Positions 30,406 to 42,647 of a stretch of 64,000 nucleotides of DNA are shown here, one piece after another. Where the stretch lies: positions 4,608,001 through 4,672,000 of the forward strand of contig OY969763.1 in the NCBI GenBank assembly GCA_963702845.1, written 5' to 3'. The position numbers were made by a program, and so were the translations under genes. A model generated the notes under the pieces. It did not search any database and had not been told where the DNA came from. It was given only the letters and a program-made list of their open reading frames with translations. Position 1 is the stretch's first letter; each line of letters starts with the position of its first letter. Source of the DNA: an uncultured Verrucomicrobiae bacterium (GTDB taxonomy: Bacteria; Verrucomicrobiota; Verrucomicrobiia; Limisphaerales; Palsa-1400).

Positions 30406-32193
30406 ATGAGAACTTGTTTTATCTTTGCGATCGCGATGGGGCTGGCAGCGGGTCTGAATGCGGCGGAGCGGCCCGGTGAGCTAGCGGTCGGCATTGCGCA
30501 GCATGCATTTGACCATCTGGGCGAAATTAACGACCAGGCTGAGGCCGCTGCCTCGAGCGGCGCGACGGTGATTTACTCGACAGGGTTTGGCGCCGCTGGT
30601 TACGTAGGTCTGCCGCCGGACGCAGAAATGAAAGCGATGGCGACCAAAACGCGGGCGTATCTTACCGGTGCGCACAAGCGAGGCATTCAACTGGCGATTG
30701 GATATGTGTGCGCGACGTCGATTGTGAAGCTCGATACTTTCGACAAGAATTGGCCGGACACGTTTCGCAAACAATTCTCGTCGGCACCACGCACGTGGCT
30801 GCAAGTCGGTGTCGATGGCAAGTCGCTGCCGTCGTGGTATGGCGGCGATTACCTGCCCGCCTGCATGAACAACCCCGATTGGCAAACTTACGAAAAAGCC
30901 ATGGTGAAGATGCAATTGGATGTCGGCCACGATGGCATCTTTTTCGACAATCCAACGGTCCATCCTCAAGGCTGCTATTGCGAGTATTGCATGAGGAAGT
31001 TTCAAAAATACCTCGTCGGAGTAGGCGTAAAACTGGATGTGCCGTCCGCCGGTTTTGTTGAATACATGCGCAAAGTCGCAGCGGCACATCCGCAGGAATT
31101 TGCGCGATCCCGATGTAGTATCGCGCGAGATTTTCTCGAAGAGATCCAAAAATTCGCGCGTACGATTAATCCGAAGGCGATCATCACGTGCAACAACAGC
31201 CTCAACACTCCGAACGTGTTTTTTTCGCAGTCGCGTAACTACGGCTACAACATTCACGAGATGAGCAAGGTCGAAGATTTGGTCGTGGTCGAAGATGGAA
31301 TCAGCCAGCCACGGACTTTGGCCAATGGCAGCACCGTCGAATACGGGCACATGTACGAACTGTTGCATGCCATCTCGCACAATAAACCCGTCGTGGCCGT
31401 AACGATTGCTGACGGTGATTATCACACGGCACCGAACTTGATGCGCCTGGCGATGGCCGAAGCTGCCGCCCATAACGCTTCGTATCTTTCATGGCCGACG
31501 TGGCCGGAAAAAGAACGCGAGCGGATGTCCGCTGCTGTTCGCCCGGAAGCGGACCTTCTCCGAACGTCAGCGCCCCTTTTGAATCTGGCCCGGCGGCGGG
31601 CCGACGTTGTTTTTTATATTCCGGTTGAAAAATGGTCGACGCTAAGCGATACCGAATTGCTGAACTGTGTCAGCGTGTTGGAGAATCAAAACATCCAATT
31701 CGTCGCCGCGTGTGAAGATAACATTGGCGAATATCTCAAAGTAAAACCAATGCCGGTCGTTGTTGCTCTTGGCAAACATGACGATACACACCTTGATCCA
31801 TTCCGCAATAATCATGGTGTGGTCCTTTCGACGACCGACGACAAAAACTGGATTGGCGATATGCAAAAGGCATTAACAAACGCGCCAACGTTCAAAGTCC
31901 CGCGGTCGGTTCGCGTCGTTGTCCGGGACCAACCAGAAAGAACGATCGTTCATTTACTAAACCTGAACGTGCAACGAATTTCCTCGTTCGAAGACAAAGT
32001 GACACCAGCTTCTGACATTTCATTGAAGCTGCACGTTCCGGTAAAGAAAGTGCGTTCGGTTGAGGCGTTAACGGCGGACGAATCCGCAACGCAGGGCACG
32101 GTTGAGTTCACTGCTGTGCAAGCCGAAGGCGGTTCAGACGTTTCGTTCCAGGTGCCTAGTCTGGATATTTCGACGATTATCGTTATCCAATAA
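30406..32193 (+). CDS. Exported glycoside-hydrolase-like TIM-barrel protein
   Basis: Signal peptide; CMNNPDW, DGIFFDN, CYCEYC pattern resembling GH42-like or DUF187-type folds; family not assignable. Confidence 0.7.
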   Translation: MRTCFIFAIAMGLAAGLNAAERPGELAVGIAQHAFDHLGEINDQAEAAASSGATVIYSTGFGAAGYVGLPPDAEMKAMATKTRAYLTGAHKRGIQLAIGYVCATSIVKLDTFDKNWPDTFRKQFSSAPRTWLQVGVDGKSLPSWYGGDYLPACMNNPDWQTYEKAMVKMQLDVGHDGIFFDNPTVHPQGCYCEYCMRKFQKYLVGVGVKLDVPSAGFVEYMRKVAAAHPQEFARSRCSIARDFLEEIQKFARTINPKAIITCNNSLNTPNVFFSQSRNYGYNIHEMSKVEDLVVVEDGISQPRTLANGSTVEYGHMYELLHAISHNKPVVAVTIADGDYHTAPNLMRLAMAEAAAHNASYLSWPTWPEKERERMSAAVRPEADLLRTSAPLLNLARRRADVVFYIPVEKWSTLSDTELLNCVSVLENQNIQFVAACEDNIGEYLKVKPMPVVVALGKHDDTHLDPFRNNHGVVLSTTDDKNWIGDMQKALTNAPTFKVPRSVRVVVRDQPERTIVHLLNLNVQRISSFEDKVTPASDISLKLHVPVKKVRSVEALTADESATQGTVEFTAVQAEGGSDVSFQVPSLDISTIIVIQ

Positions 32194-32244
32194 CCCTCAT
32201 TCAGCGCGCTTGTTTCCGTATGTGCGTCGGGTAAATTCAACGTC

Positions 32245-33336
32245 GTGACTGCAGAAGTGACAATGGACGAGGTAGTGGAAAAGGTCTGGGCCGGAAGCCG
32301 CATCAATCAAAGCGAAGCGTTGCGGCTGTATTCTTTGCCTTTGGAAGAACTCGGTGTTCTGGCCGACCGACGCCGGCAACTCACGAAGGCAAACGCCTAC
32401 AACGGACGCGGGAATGAAATCATCACCTACATCGTCGACCGCAACGTTAATTACACCAACGTCTGCAACGTCTATTGCAAGTTTTGCGCTTTCTATCGCA
32501 CGGAAAAAGACTCGGACGCGTACGTGATTACGTTTGAGGAGATGGACAAGAAAATCGAGGAAACCATCGCATTAGATGGCACTCAGATTCTGATGCAGGG
32601 CGGTCATCATCCAAAACTTTCGATGCAGTGGTATTTGGATTTGTTGTCGCACATTAAAACGAAATTCCCGCAGGTGAATATTCATGGGTTCAGCCCTAGT
32701 GAGTTCATTCATTTTCGTGAGGTATTCGGATTGCCGCTTGAGGAAATTATTTCGAAGTTCAAAGAGGCTGGACTCGGCTCTATTCCGGGCGGCGGCGGAG
32801 AAATTCTAGTCGATCGTGTTCGCAAAAGGATTTCGCCATTGAAAGCGATGAGCGATGAGTGGCTCAGCGTCATGGATGTGGCGCATCGCCTTGGACTCTC
32901 ATCGAGCGCGACAATGATGTTCGGCCATGTCGAAACAGTGGAAGACCGCATCGAACATCTGGAACGCGTTCGCGCCCAACAGGACAAAAGCAAAGGATTC
33001 ACCGCGTTCATCGCGTGGACGTTTCAATCTGAGAATACGATGTTGAAGGCGCCGACGGTGGGCGCGCACGAATATTTGCGCACGCAGGCGCTGGCTCGCA
33101 TCTACCTTGATAATTTCCAAAACATCCAAAGCTCGTGGGTGACGCAAGGCCCGGAAATTGGGCAGGTCGCGCTGAAATATGGCGCGAATGATTTAGGCAG
33201 CATCATGATTGAAGAAAATGTCGTTTCCCAGGCCGGGGCGACATTTCGGATGGGAGTTAAAGATATGCAGCGGTTAATCAAAGAACTCGGCTACGAGCCT
33301 CACCAGCGCGATAATTGGTATCACTTGCTGAATTAA
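32245..33336 (+). CDS. mqnC: Cyclic dehypoxanthinyl futalosine synthase (radical SAM)
   Basis: RNVNYTNVCNVYCKFCAF, QILMQGGHHP, SIPGGGGEIL, NIQSSWVTQG, IEENVV. Confidence 0.92.
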   Translation: MTAEVTMDEVVEKVWAGSRINQSEALRLYSLPLEELGVLADRRRQLTKANAYNGRGNEIITYIVDRNVNYTNVCNVYCKFCAFYRTEKDSDAYVITFEEMDKKIEETIALDGTQILMQGGHHPKLSMQWYLDLLSHIKTKFPQVNIHGFSPSEFIHFREVFGLPLEEIISKFKEAGLGSIPGGGGEILVDRVRKRISPLKAMSDEWLSVMDVAHRLGLSSSATMMFGHVETVEDRIEHLERVRAQQDKSKGFTAFIAWTFQSENTMLKAPTVGAHEYLRTQALARIYLDNFQNIQSSWVTQGPEIGQVALKYGANDLGSIMIEENVVSQAGATFRMGVKDMQRLIKELGYEPHQRDNWYHLLN

Positions 33337-34071
33337 ATGCATCCCGAGCCTCCAGCCCTGAGCATCGTTCTCCCCTGCTACAATGAGTCCGGCAACCTGC
33401 CGCTCCTGATTAAACTTTTGCAGGAAACAGTGGAGCCGCTGAAACTGGCGTACGAAATCGTCGTCACGGACGACTGCAGCAAAGATAATTCGTGGGAGCT
33501 TCTCAAGGAGATTACGGCGAAAGATCCACGCATTCGGGCACAACGGTTCGGGAAAAATTGTGGATTATCCGCGGCACTTTGGGCCGGCATTCAGTCGGCG
33601 CGCGGCAGGATCATCGTGACGATGGACTCGGATTTACAGAATGATCCGCGCGAATTGCCAAAGTTGCTTAAGCCATTGGACAAATACGATTGCGTTTGTG
33701 GCAGCCGCGTTGCGAGCCGAATCAAAGGAGACAATTTCATTCGCGTCGCTTCATCGCGCATCGCGAATTGGGTGAGAAACAAGCTGTCGGACGAAGACGT
33801 TTCCGACGCAGCGTGCAGCTATCGGGCCTTCAAACGCGAGTGCGTTGCTGATTTGAAATTCTTCAAGGGCATGCACCGCTTCATGGCGACGCTAGTCAAA
33901 ATGGAAGGTTTTTCGGTGGTGGAAGTGGACATTTCGACGAACCCGCGACATGCCGGCAAAGCTAATTACGGTGTCTGGAACCGCGTGTTTGTTGCGTTTC
34001 ACGATTTGCTCGCAGTGCGTTGGATGAAAAAGCGTATGTTTCCAATTCGCGTCGTCGATCGAATTAATTAG
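33337..34071 (+). CDS. Glycosyltransferase family 2 (polyprenol-phosphate glycosyltransferase-like)
   Basis: SIVLPCYNE, DDCSKD, MDSDLQNDP, GMHRF. Confidence 0.9.
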   Translation: MHPEPPALSIVLPCYNESGNLPLLIKLLQETVEPLKLAYEIVVTDDCSKDNSWELLKEITAKDPRIRAQRFGKNCGLSAALWAGIQSARGRIIVTMDSDLQNDPRELPKLLKPLDKYDCVCGSRVASRIKGDNFIRVASSRIANWVRNKLSDEDVSDAACSYRAFKRECVADLKFFKGMHRFMATLVKMEGFSVVEVDISTNPRHAGKANYGVWNRVFVAFHDLLAVRWMKKRMFPIRVVDRIN

Positions 34072-35281
34072 TCGCGCTGCCGCAATCAATATAGATGGGC
34101 AAAGAGCTGACCGTTGCTTTCTTGCTGGTGTATTTGATATCAATCGGATGTGGTGAACCCGTCGTCCATGCAGCAATCTTGCGCTTCTTGCCTGAGCTGA
34201 AAAGCAGCACGTAATCTTTGTCATCGCCCTGATCCATACGGCGATCGAGTTTGTATCCATCCAGCTCGCGAACCATGTTTCGCAGCGCAATGTAAGCTGG
34301 CTTGGGTTGTAGACTGTAGGTGACCGTTCCGAAGTTGTGCTCGTTCTCGTTCGCATCCTGGCCGTCGTTCTTCCAGTCGTACCAGATTGAAAGCGGCACG
34401 CCGTTCAGCAAATTGGAAAGTTGCTGTCGCACGATGTAAGCAGCCTGTTCGTCGAGCGATACACCGTGTGTATGGGTTGAGTAACCCCATTCCCCGCTCA
34501 GAATCGGCATATTTTTCTTTCCTGAAGGCGCGTAACGCGCGATCAACTCGCGCAACTTTTTGTAGTCTGTCGCCGCTGTTTCCGGCGGCATGCGTGGTTC
34601 GCGATAGGGATGAACAGTGATTGCATCTAAATACTGCAAAGCACCGGATTTAAATAGCGTCTCGAAAAACGGCCATTCGAAGCCAGCCATGGCCGGCGCG
34701 ACAACGGTAGCGCTCGGTTCAGCTTCATGGACTGCTTTTGCGGTCGCTAGGGCAAGAGCGGCGTACTCTTTTGCATCGGGTTTCGGTTTCCAGAAAAAGC
34801 CGTTCGGCTCATTATAAATTTCCCAAATGATGTGGTGTCCATGGAAGTGCTTTGCAGCGGCTGCAGCCCATCGGGCAAATGCAGCGATACTTTCGGGGTG
34901 ACGCGGTGACGCAGTGTGCTTCTGGGCTTCATGTGTAAACGGGTGCGTTGCATCCACCGTTTCCTCGTAGGCAGCATGAATGTAATCGAGGATGTAGATG
35001 GCGCGCATGCCGCGGCGCTCCAGGTTCGCGGTGAGTTCGTCGTAGGACTTCCAATCGTATTGGCCGCGCTTTGGTTCAGTCGACTCCCAGGAAAAATCCA
35101 TGCGGATGAACTTGAAACCACCAGCGGCAATCATATCCAGATCTTCCTTTGCGCCGGTGACAAAATGGATGTTCACACCAACGCTGTTCGGAATTGTTGC
35201 AGTTGGAATTTGCGCACGCGCTGTAAGTATTGAGATGGCCAGCGCACACAGGATAGAGCGAGTAAGCGTGAGTGGATTCAC
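34064..35281 (-). CDS. Exported clan GH-A glycoside hydrolase (GH5/GH39-like)
   Basis: Signal peptide; acid/base WEIYNEP, nucleophile ILSGEWGY, HPY. Confidence 0.85.
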   Translation of the reverse strand: MNPLTLTRSILCALAISILTARAQIPTATIPNSVGVNIHFVTGAKEDLDMIAAGGFKFIRMDFSWESTEPKRGQYDWKSYDELTANLERRGMRAIYILDYIHAAYEETVDATHPFTHEAQKHTASPRHPESIAAFARWAAAAAKHFHGHHIIWEIYNEPNGFFWKPKPDAKEYAALALATAKAVHEAEPSATVVAPAMAGFEWPFFETLFKSGALQYLDAITVHPYREPRMPPETAATDYKKLRELIARYAPSGKKNMPILSGEWGYSTHTHGVSLDEQAAYIVRQQLSNLLNGVPLSIWYDWKNDGQDANENEHNFGTVTYSLQPKPAYIALRNMVRELDGYKLDRRMDQGDDKDYVLLFSSGKKRKIAAWTTGSPHPIDIKYTSKKATVSSLPIYIDCGSATN

Positions 35282-35356
35282 AGCTCATCAAATAATCACT
35301 TTCAACTGATGTGACTACTCAAATTTTCGTGATCCCGGTCAAACCCGCCAATCAAC

Positions 35357-38300
35357 TTACTTCTGCGGCTGCACACGGTAGTACCGTGAGGCATCCGGCG
35401 GATTTGGATCGTTGAACGTTGTTGTGCTCGATTGGGCGCGGATGTTCGCAACTGTGGACCAGTTCACCAGATTCGTCGACATATCGACGTTATAGGCCTG
35501 CCCGGCAATCGAGTTCCACGAGAACGCAAATGTGACATAGGCGGTCTGCGACGTGTAACTGGCCGAGCCTGAGACGACGGACGGATATGGCAACGTGCCA
35601 GCGGGCAGAACCTGCGCACAAATATCGTAGTTCACAAAGTTCGGCTCATTATTTGGCACAGCCAAATACCAGGTCCCGTTTAAACTCGGCCGGGAACTAT
35701 TCGTGCTGATCACGATTCGTTCGTCTGTAAGACCTCGGTTGAAACTTGCCGCATCGAACTGCGAAGTCGTTGGATAGTCGCCGAAACGCACCAGCAGGTC
35801 GACGTCGCCGGTCATACCAGTGACATCGAATTCGACTGCCGCATCGTTATTCGTCACCGTGAATGTGTAAATAGTATCGAAAGCAGGCCCAGGTGGGGCA
35901 AGTCATCCCAGACAAACAGGGGCCAAACGCATTGAGATCGAATACTTTGATGTAGGTATCGAATTGGTCGGCCAGAATCGTATAACTAACAACTGGATTT
36001 GTGGCGACGTTGTAAACCGCGACATACCACCTACCTGGCGTAAGCGGAACCGGCGACGAGTTCGTCGTTACGACGATAAATTCATCGTTGGTGTCCGAAT
36101 TGAAGCTGCCATAGTCGTAGCTGGTCGAGTCTGGAAGCGGCAGGTCATGGCGGATGACCATATCAACATTCGCAGTAATATTTGTTACCTCGAACACGGC
36201 AACACTGTTCGTCACGTCGAAGTAGTAATATTGGATGGTGCCGGGCGCGACGTTGGTTGTTATAGGATTGTTCACCGAGTCGTCGAGCGATGTGATCGTG
36301 AAATTCGTGTTCACGTCGAAGTCGACCTGCAAGCAGAACGTCTGGTCCTGGCTCGACAGATTTTGCACGGCGAGGAAGTAACGCTGTCCCGGCACAAGGA
36401 ACGGCGGCCCGCTGTTCTTCGAAAGCACAACCGCAGCACCGGGCGCACCAACATTTGCCATGAGATAGAAATCCCCTGCAGAAAATCCAGTTGGCAACGT
36501 GGTTTGATTGAAAATCACATTGAGCGAATTTGGACCCGGATTGTTAAGGGTATTCGTAGCGAACCTCGCGAGAGCCGGAACATCGACAGCAAAATAAGCA
36601 TAGCCGCCAGCAGGCGCGGTCGCGTTGGTGCACACCCCGGGTTCGACGGTGATCAACTGCACGTTCGTCGAGCTGTAAGTCAGGTTCAGTTCCCAATCGA
36701 GCAGTTTGCCGGCCTGACCGGCGCGCGCATCGTGAATTTCCAATGTCCAAAAACCCGAGGCCAGTTCACCGTTGAATGCACTGAGCGATTCTTCAGGGAA
36801 GAAATAATTGGCGTAATTGGTATTCGGCAATTCCTGAACGCGGATGTTATCGAACAACATCCCAAGCGGATGTCCCTCGATCGTCAGTTGGGTCACGCTG
36901 TTCGAGGCGGTGAAACCAATCGTATTGGTTACCCACGGGCCACCGGCACCTGAAACCAGTGTGTCATTCGTCGCACCATCGATGAGATAGATGATGTTCG
37001 GCAGGACGGAGGTGGTGGTGCGCTTGCCAGCGCTGCCTGCGGCGTAGATATCATATATCTCGGCGGCCGCGAGCGCCCGATTATAAATCGAGAGTTCATC
37101 AAGATTTCCGGTGAAAGGTTAAGTTCCACCGGCAACATTGACAAATGCTTTTACCGATTTCGAACGGCGCGTGTACTATGGTTGATGTCAAGCAACGCGA
37201 CCGTGTCTACGCTCGCGCCCAACACGCCATCGATATACATCGCTGGCTACCAATCCTGAGCGGGTGAATGCAACATGGTGCCAAAGGCCATCGTTAATGG
37301 CGGTTTGTGATGTAACTGGCACTCAATGCCGCAGCGACCATTGTGGCAGTCCACAGATTCGAAAGTCATCTGCCTGGTCGCGAAGACATTGCCGTTGCTT
37401 TTGCCGATATCAAAATGTCTCCAACCGACGGTTCGCAAGATTGCAGACTGTGCCGTTTTTCCATGATTATTTGTTGGGCGTTTTGTGATGAAGTTTGCAT
37501 CCAGAATTCCACCGTGAAATCGTTGGTCCTGAAATTGGCGACGTTCGTATTCGCAATGAACACGCGTATTCGTGCCGTCGAAGTGAAACGCTTTGCCCAC
37601 TTTGCCAGCATCGTAAAACGGCTGAAGCACGGTGCTGGGCGCCAGCACATTCGTAAACACGCCGTTATTGCTGCCGATAATATCGTTTGCATTGCCTTCA
37701 CCCGGCCACCAAGCAACGATGCCGGCGCCGCGATAACTGTGTGGTGAGAAGTATGTCTTACCGAGGTGAGTTGCAAACGATCTAGCAATCGCACCGGAAC
37801 CCAGCGCCAGGAAATTCGTCCCGGAATTCGCCAAAGCGGCGTCTGCAATAACACCTGCTTCATTTGTGACGACATCCCAGGCTTCAACAGTGCTGCCATT
37901 GGAATACGTGCCGGAAACCGCCGTTTCGAAACCATTCGAAAATATAACCGTATTTGAAACAACGGCATTCACCAACGAATATGGCGGTAAGGCGAACTTG
38001 ATGAGTTGACTGGCTTTGTTCGTGTCTTCGGTGAAGATCGTATAAACTGGGCCGTTCGATGTATCCAAACCGAACGCGGTCGAATTGGTGTAACCCCGGT
38101 CCTCAAACAGCATCACGTGCGTGCCTTGCGGGCTGACCAGTTCGATGGACAAATCAGACAAACGCGGGTGATCCAGGCGCAAACCAGCCTCAACTCCCAC
38201 CACTGGCAGCGCGTTCGTTATCAGGATTTGCGACGTCGTCACCGCATCATCAAGCAACACTGTTCCAGTCTTATTCGTAACCGTCTGCACCAAATCCGGC

Positions 38301-41300
38301 GTGAGGCTGCGCGTAATCGTGATATCGATTGCAATAGTCACCGGCGAACCGCTGTCGTTGTGAATTCCGTAAATCCAGAATCCACCGCTAATCGGCGGCG
38401 TATTGCTAATGTTGACATTCAACGACCCCCCTGGTGGACCAATCAACTTCGTCGCGTCATAATTGGTGGGTGATGGGAAAAAGTCTTTGCGCAGATAAAT
38501 ATCCACCGGTCCCGTGCCCGACTGATACGTGACCGCAATATTTAAGTTGGTCGTATCGTCAGGAAGGTTCAGGAAATCATAGAACCAGCCATTGCCCGCA
38601 ATTGTTCGAATCTGATGCAAAACGTTTGTGGCGGGGTTCGGATCGATCCAACCCTGAACGATGTTGACCTGGCCGGTGTGATTCAGCGCGTTATCAGTCA
38701 TCGTGTAAATCCACACGCCAAGCGCGGGCTTATCGACAAAGTCGGTTAACGAACCTGGGCCATCGGTGTGTATCCAGTCCGGTGGGCCAGTAAGCGTCTG
38801 AGTGCCTTGCTCAATGTGACCCGGATAACCGTTGCCGGTGGTGACGTCGCCTTCAGCCAGATCGTCGTACGTAAACACAAAATTCGTCCCGCCGTTTGGA
38901 ATCTGACTGGCGGTATGATTGTTCAAAACAATGGTTCTGCCGTTGTGCTGGAGCGTGCCATACAAATCGCCGAGAAGCTCGTGCGTGATCGCCTGGCTGA
39001 TGACCACACGCCGGGCGGTTGCCTTCGGATTGGAAGTCGGCACAACAACCGCAATCGCAATCACGGGCGGTCTACTGGGCAACGCCGGATCACCGTCCGG
39101 AATTACTGCCGGCACGGGTGTGAAGGTCATCTTTAGCTGTCCATTCGCGTCCGTTGAGTCGAAGGGCTGGTCAGTCGCCAAACCGTAAAACCCAAATTCA
39201 GCCGCCTGTTGGTCCTCAGCTTTGACGCCAATATAGTAGACCCGTCCCTGGACAGAATTGGTGTAGGTAACGAATTCGGTTCCGCCACGCAGCGTGGATT
39301 TATCGGCAGCATCAATCACATTGGGATCCAGGTTGAGCAACCGTGGGTCCGTTGACACATAAAGGTCGATGTCTGCGCCATCACTGCCACGCGGGGCCAC
39401 GCCTGGCGGCTCCTCCAACCGAGACTGAGACAAATTCGGCGGCAGGAAGGTCACAAACGCCACGTTGGTCGCATTCGTTTTCGTGAAATCGACATCGTTA
39501 GTGAAGATAAAGAAATGCCATTGACTGATAATGCCGTTGGTAGCACCGGTTCCTGGCGTCGACAACAGCGGCGAATTTGCGCCTACCCGTTGATACAGCA
39601 ACGCCACACCGTTAGAGGCAACCGTGATTAAACGAGTTGGTGTGAAATCAGGTGCGTTGTTCACCACTGTCGGCCGCTCGCCACCAGCGATAACCAGTGC
39701 AAAATCCTGAACAATATTGTTCGGATGTTCCGTCACCGCGTTCACGTTCACGTGCGTTGCCCGGACCGTCACCGTGTAACTACTTCCCAGCGAAAAACCC
39801 AAAGAGCCGAAAATATAAACATTCTCGACGTTATTGACGGTATCGCTGTCGGTAATAGGGCCAGCTGTTGGATCATCTGCATGAGTGAAAACATCGCCCT
39901 CTTGGAAATTATTGCCCACGAACACTTCGCCTGTCTCGAGGTTCGTCACGATCAGATCCAAATCGTTGACGAGTTTTACACCCGCCGCAGGATTGCCGGC
40001 CGGATCTGTCCAAACCAGCGAAATGCGCATTGGCGAAAATGGATCAGTGGGAGTCACGGTCCATGTCCGGCTTTCGCCGGTTGCGAGAGAATTCGAAATA
40101 CTTTGATCAAAGAAAACAGTCGGCCCAGCGTTGACGTCCATACCGGTGGGGATCGAATTTGGCAAATTCACCAGGCCCCAACCTTGGTCGTTTGCGGTAA
40201 TGCGCCGTGTTTCGAAATCGTAAATGTTACCCAACGATCGTGCGCCATTAATCAAGAGCGCTTTCATCAAAGCCGGACTAGGCGTTAGCCCCAGCCGGTT
40301 CTCAAGATAATCTTCCATCAACGCCAGCACGCCCGTAACCGCCGGTGCCGCCATGCTCGTTCCAGACTCATACCGATAAAATCTTCCGAGCCCATCGTTC
40401 AGCTTCTTCAATTCCTGAAAATAGGTGCCGAACGAATTCGTGCGCACGACGAAGATTTGCAAATCGTAAGCAATGGGTTGTGCTGTGGTGTCCTTGATTC
40501 CAACCGTCCATGCAGCTCCGCCAGTAATACCAAATGCAACCTGGCCTTTGCCGCGGAACGTCGTCGCTGTTGCCCCGGAATCAGCGTAAATGTCCATAGC
40601 CGGGAACGGATTCGGCGAAGCAGCGTTGGGGATAGTTGCGATATCCAATTCAATCGCGTCACTCGGAACGCCGATGGTATAGGTATTCGTCGCCCCAGCG
40701 GCAACAGCCTGTCCCGGGTAGCTGTGAACGTCAGCTGTCAGGAAGTTCGTCGGGTCCGTCCAGTTGGTCGACCGTGTTGAAATAATAAACACACCGGGCG
40801 CGACCACATCTGGTTTGAACCGGCCAAAATCACTTTCGATACCGATGCCGACATTACCGCGGCTCGAGAATCCAGCTACTTCAGATGAACTATCGGTCAT
40901 ACCAATCCAAACAGCATTGGTGATAAAGTTTGTGCCATCTTGATAGACGATCGTATTGGTAACGTTGCGCAAACTCTCCACCGCGCCGACTGCGATGATG
41001 TTTTTCCCGGCCGCAGGCGATAGAATTGTATCGCCGAAGGCATTTTGGCCGTTATCGGCTCCGCCGCCCTCATTACCCGCCGCGAACACATACATCATCG
41101 GCTGCGAGCCGGTCGTGCCCGGCAACGCATCGCGCACGGCCGCGTCATAACTCGCCGTTGGCATCGAATACGGATCACCGCCAAGATAGCCCCAACTGTT
41201 GTTGGAAATGCGCACTTTGGGTTGAGACGCAGCATTGGTCTGTAAATAGGTATCGGTGATGAATGGCGCTCCAAAAACGTCGATCGACTGCGCATAAATG

Positions 41301-42418
41301 CTAGCGTGGGGCGCTTTGCCGTGAAATTGCAGTGGAAAATAGTTCGGCGGGGGATTTGCTCGATCGGTTGAACCAACCGCCAACGTGACATTAGTCGACG
41401 CCGTTCCGTCGCCCGCAATAATGCCGGCAACGTGCGTGCCGTGGCCGTCGAAGTCGTTAAGAGAGAAAAGAAAATCGCCACCAACACGGTTGGTCAAATC
41501 AGGATGCAAAGCGTCAACACCAGTATCATTGACGTTGATAACAATGTTCGATCCAGTCAGGTTAAGATAATTTGGGGCAGTGGTCGAATTGGCCGCAACC
41601 CCCAATGTCTCGCGCGTTAAATCGTTTAGCCGAGCACGAGGCACCGCTGGTTCCAAGCCTTGCACCGCCGGCGATTGCGCTATATCAGCAAGACGGTTGA
41701 AGTCCACTTTTGCGATCAGACTCGGACCGAAAACCATGTTTTCCTCGGCCACAACCTCACCGCCGGCCTGAGTAATCGCATTTGCCACGCCGTCACGGCC
41801 GCCGGCAAAACCGGTGATGCGGAAAAATTGATTTGTCGCCACGGCCCCCGTCAGGATCTTTGGGTCTGCTTTGAATTGCGGTTCGTTCGGGATGACCCGC
41901 GGAAACAAGCTCGTGGCCGACGCCGGAATGACGACCAATGCCGCATTATTCGGAATGTAAGAAACAAATTTTCCTCCGACCGATTTCAACGTGTCATAAA
42001 ACGCCTTATCCAGCGGATGATCCAACTGCACGATATAACTGCCCGGCTCCCCTTTCGCGCGCCACTTTTCGGGAATCTTCAAATCAGCCAACGGCTTCGT
42101 CGTATCGATCAAAGCGTTACGCAACAAAATGGCATGACTGTCGCGTTGCAGTTCCGCAAGAGGACGCGTCGTGTTAGATACTCGGAAACTGCTCGGAGAT
42201 GGCTTGGCCGTCGCAGTGTTGGAATTCGTTTTGGCGACAGCACCAGGCCCGGTGGAAATGAGCGGTCCGTGCGCGGCTGCTTTGGGCATGGTAACCCGCT
42301 GCTTTTCGCGTGCGGCCTGATCGGCGGCACGTTTCTTTTCGCCAAAGTTCCAGAAGAACGCAGAGGCCGCGAACAACAGGAGGCTTATAGCCCACCAAAC
42401 TGAAGGTTTCAGACGCAT
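35357..42418 (-). CDS. Giant modular S8 subtilase (about 2350 aa) with PPC-like, P-proprotein and LamG modules; broken by several frameshifts
   Basis: Triad NDTGVD / GHGTHVAGII / SGTSMAAP, oxyanion FAAGNEG, LVWTDP...VNDLDL C-barrel, P-domain halves HPRLSDLSIELVSPQG and GELASGFWTLEIHD, LamG motifs. ORFs 37247..42418, 35847..36896 and 35357..35857 read as one protein across frame changes. Confidence 0.85.
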
Positions 42419-42511
42419 AACTTACCTCGCTTGCACGTTGGCGAAGGGGAACAGGGTATCAATTCAGGCTCAAGAACACCATAGTAATTAGGCCTAAAGA
42501 GGCCTGAAACA

Positions 42512-42642
42512 AAGCTCGAAGCCCCAACATTTAACATCCAAAAAGGATGCAAATTCCAGGCTCCAAAAATATCAGCACATCGCACCTTGAAACTTGGAGC
42601 TTGGGATTTCTCCGGAACCCGGTGCGTGATGCTTGGAATTTT
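42512..42642. repeat. Degenerate heptamer (TTGGAGC/GCTCCAA family) inverted-arm repeat
   Basis: AAATTCCAGGCTCCAA...TTGAAACTTGGAGCTTGGGATTTCTCCGGAAC; same family as 48977-49086. Confidence 0.65.
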
Positions 42643-42647
42643 CAAGT

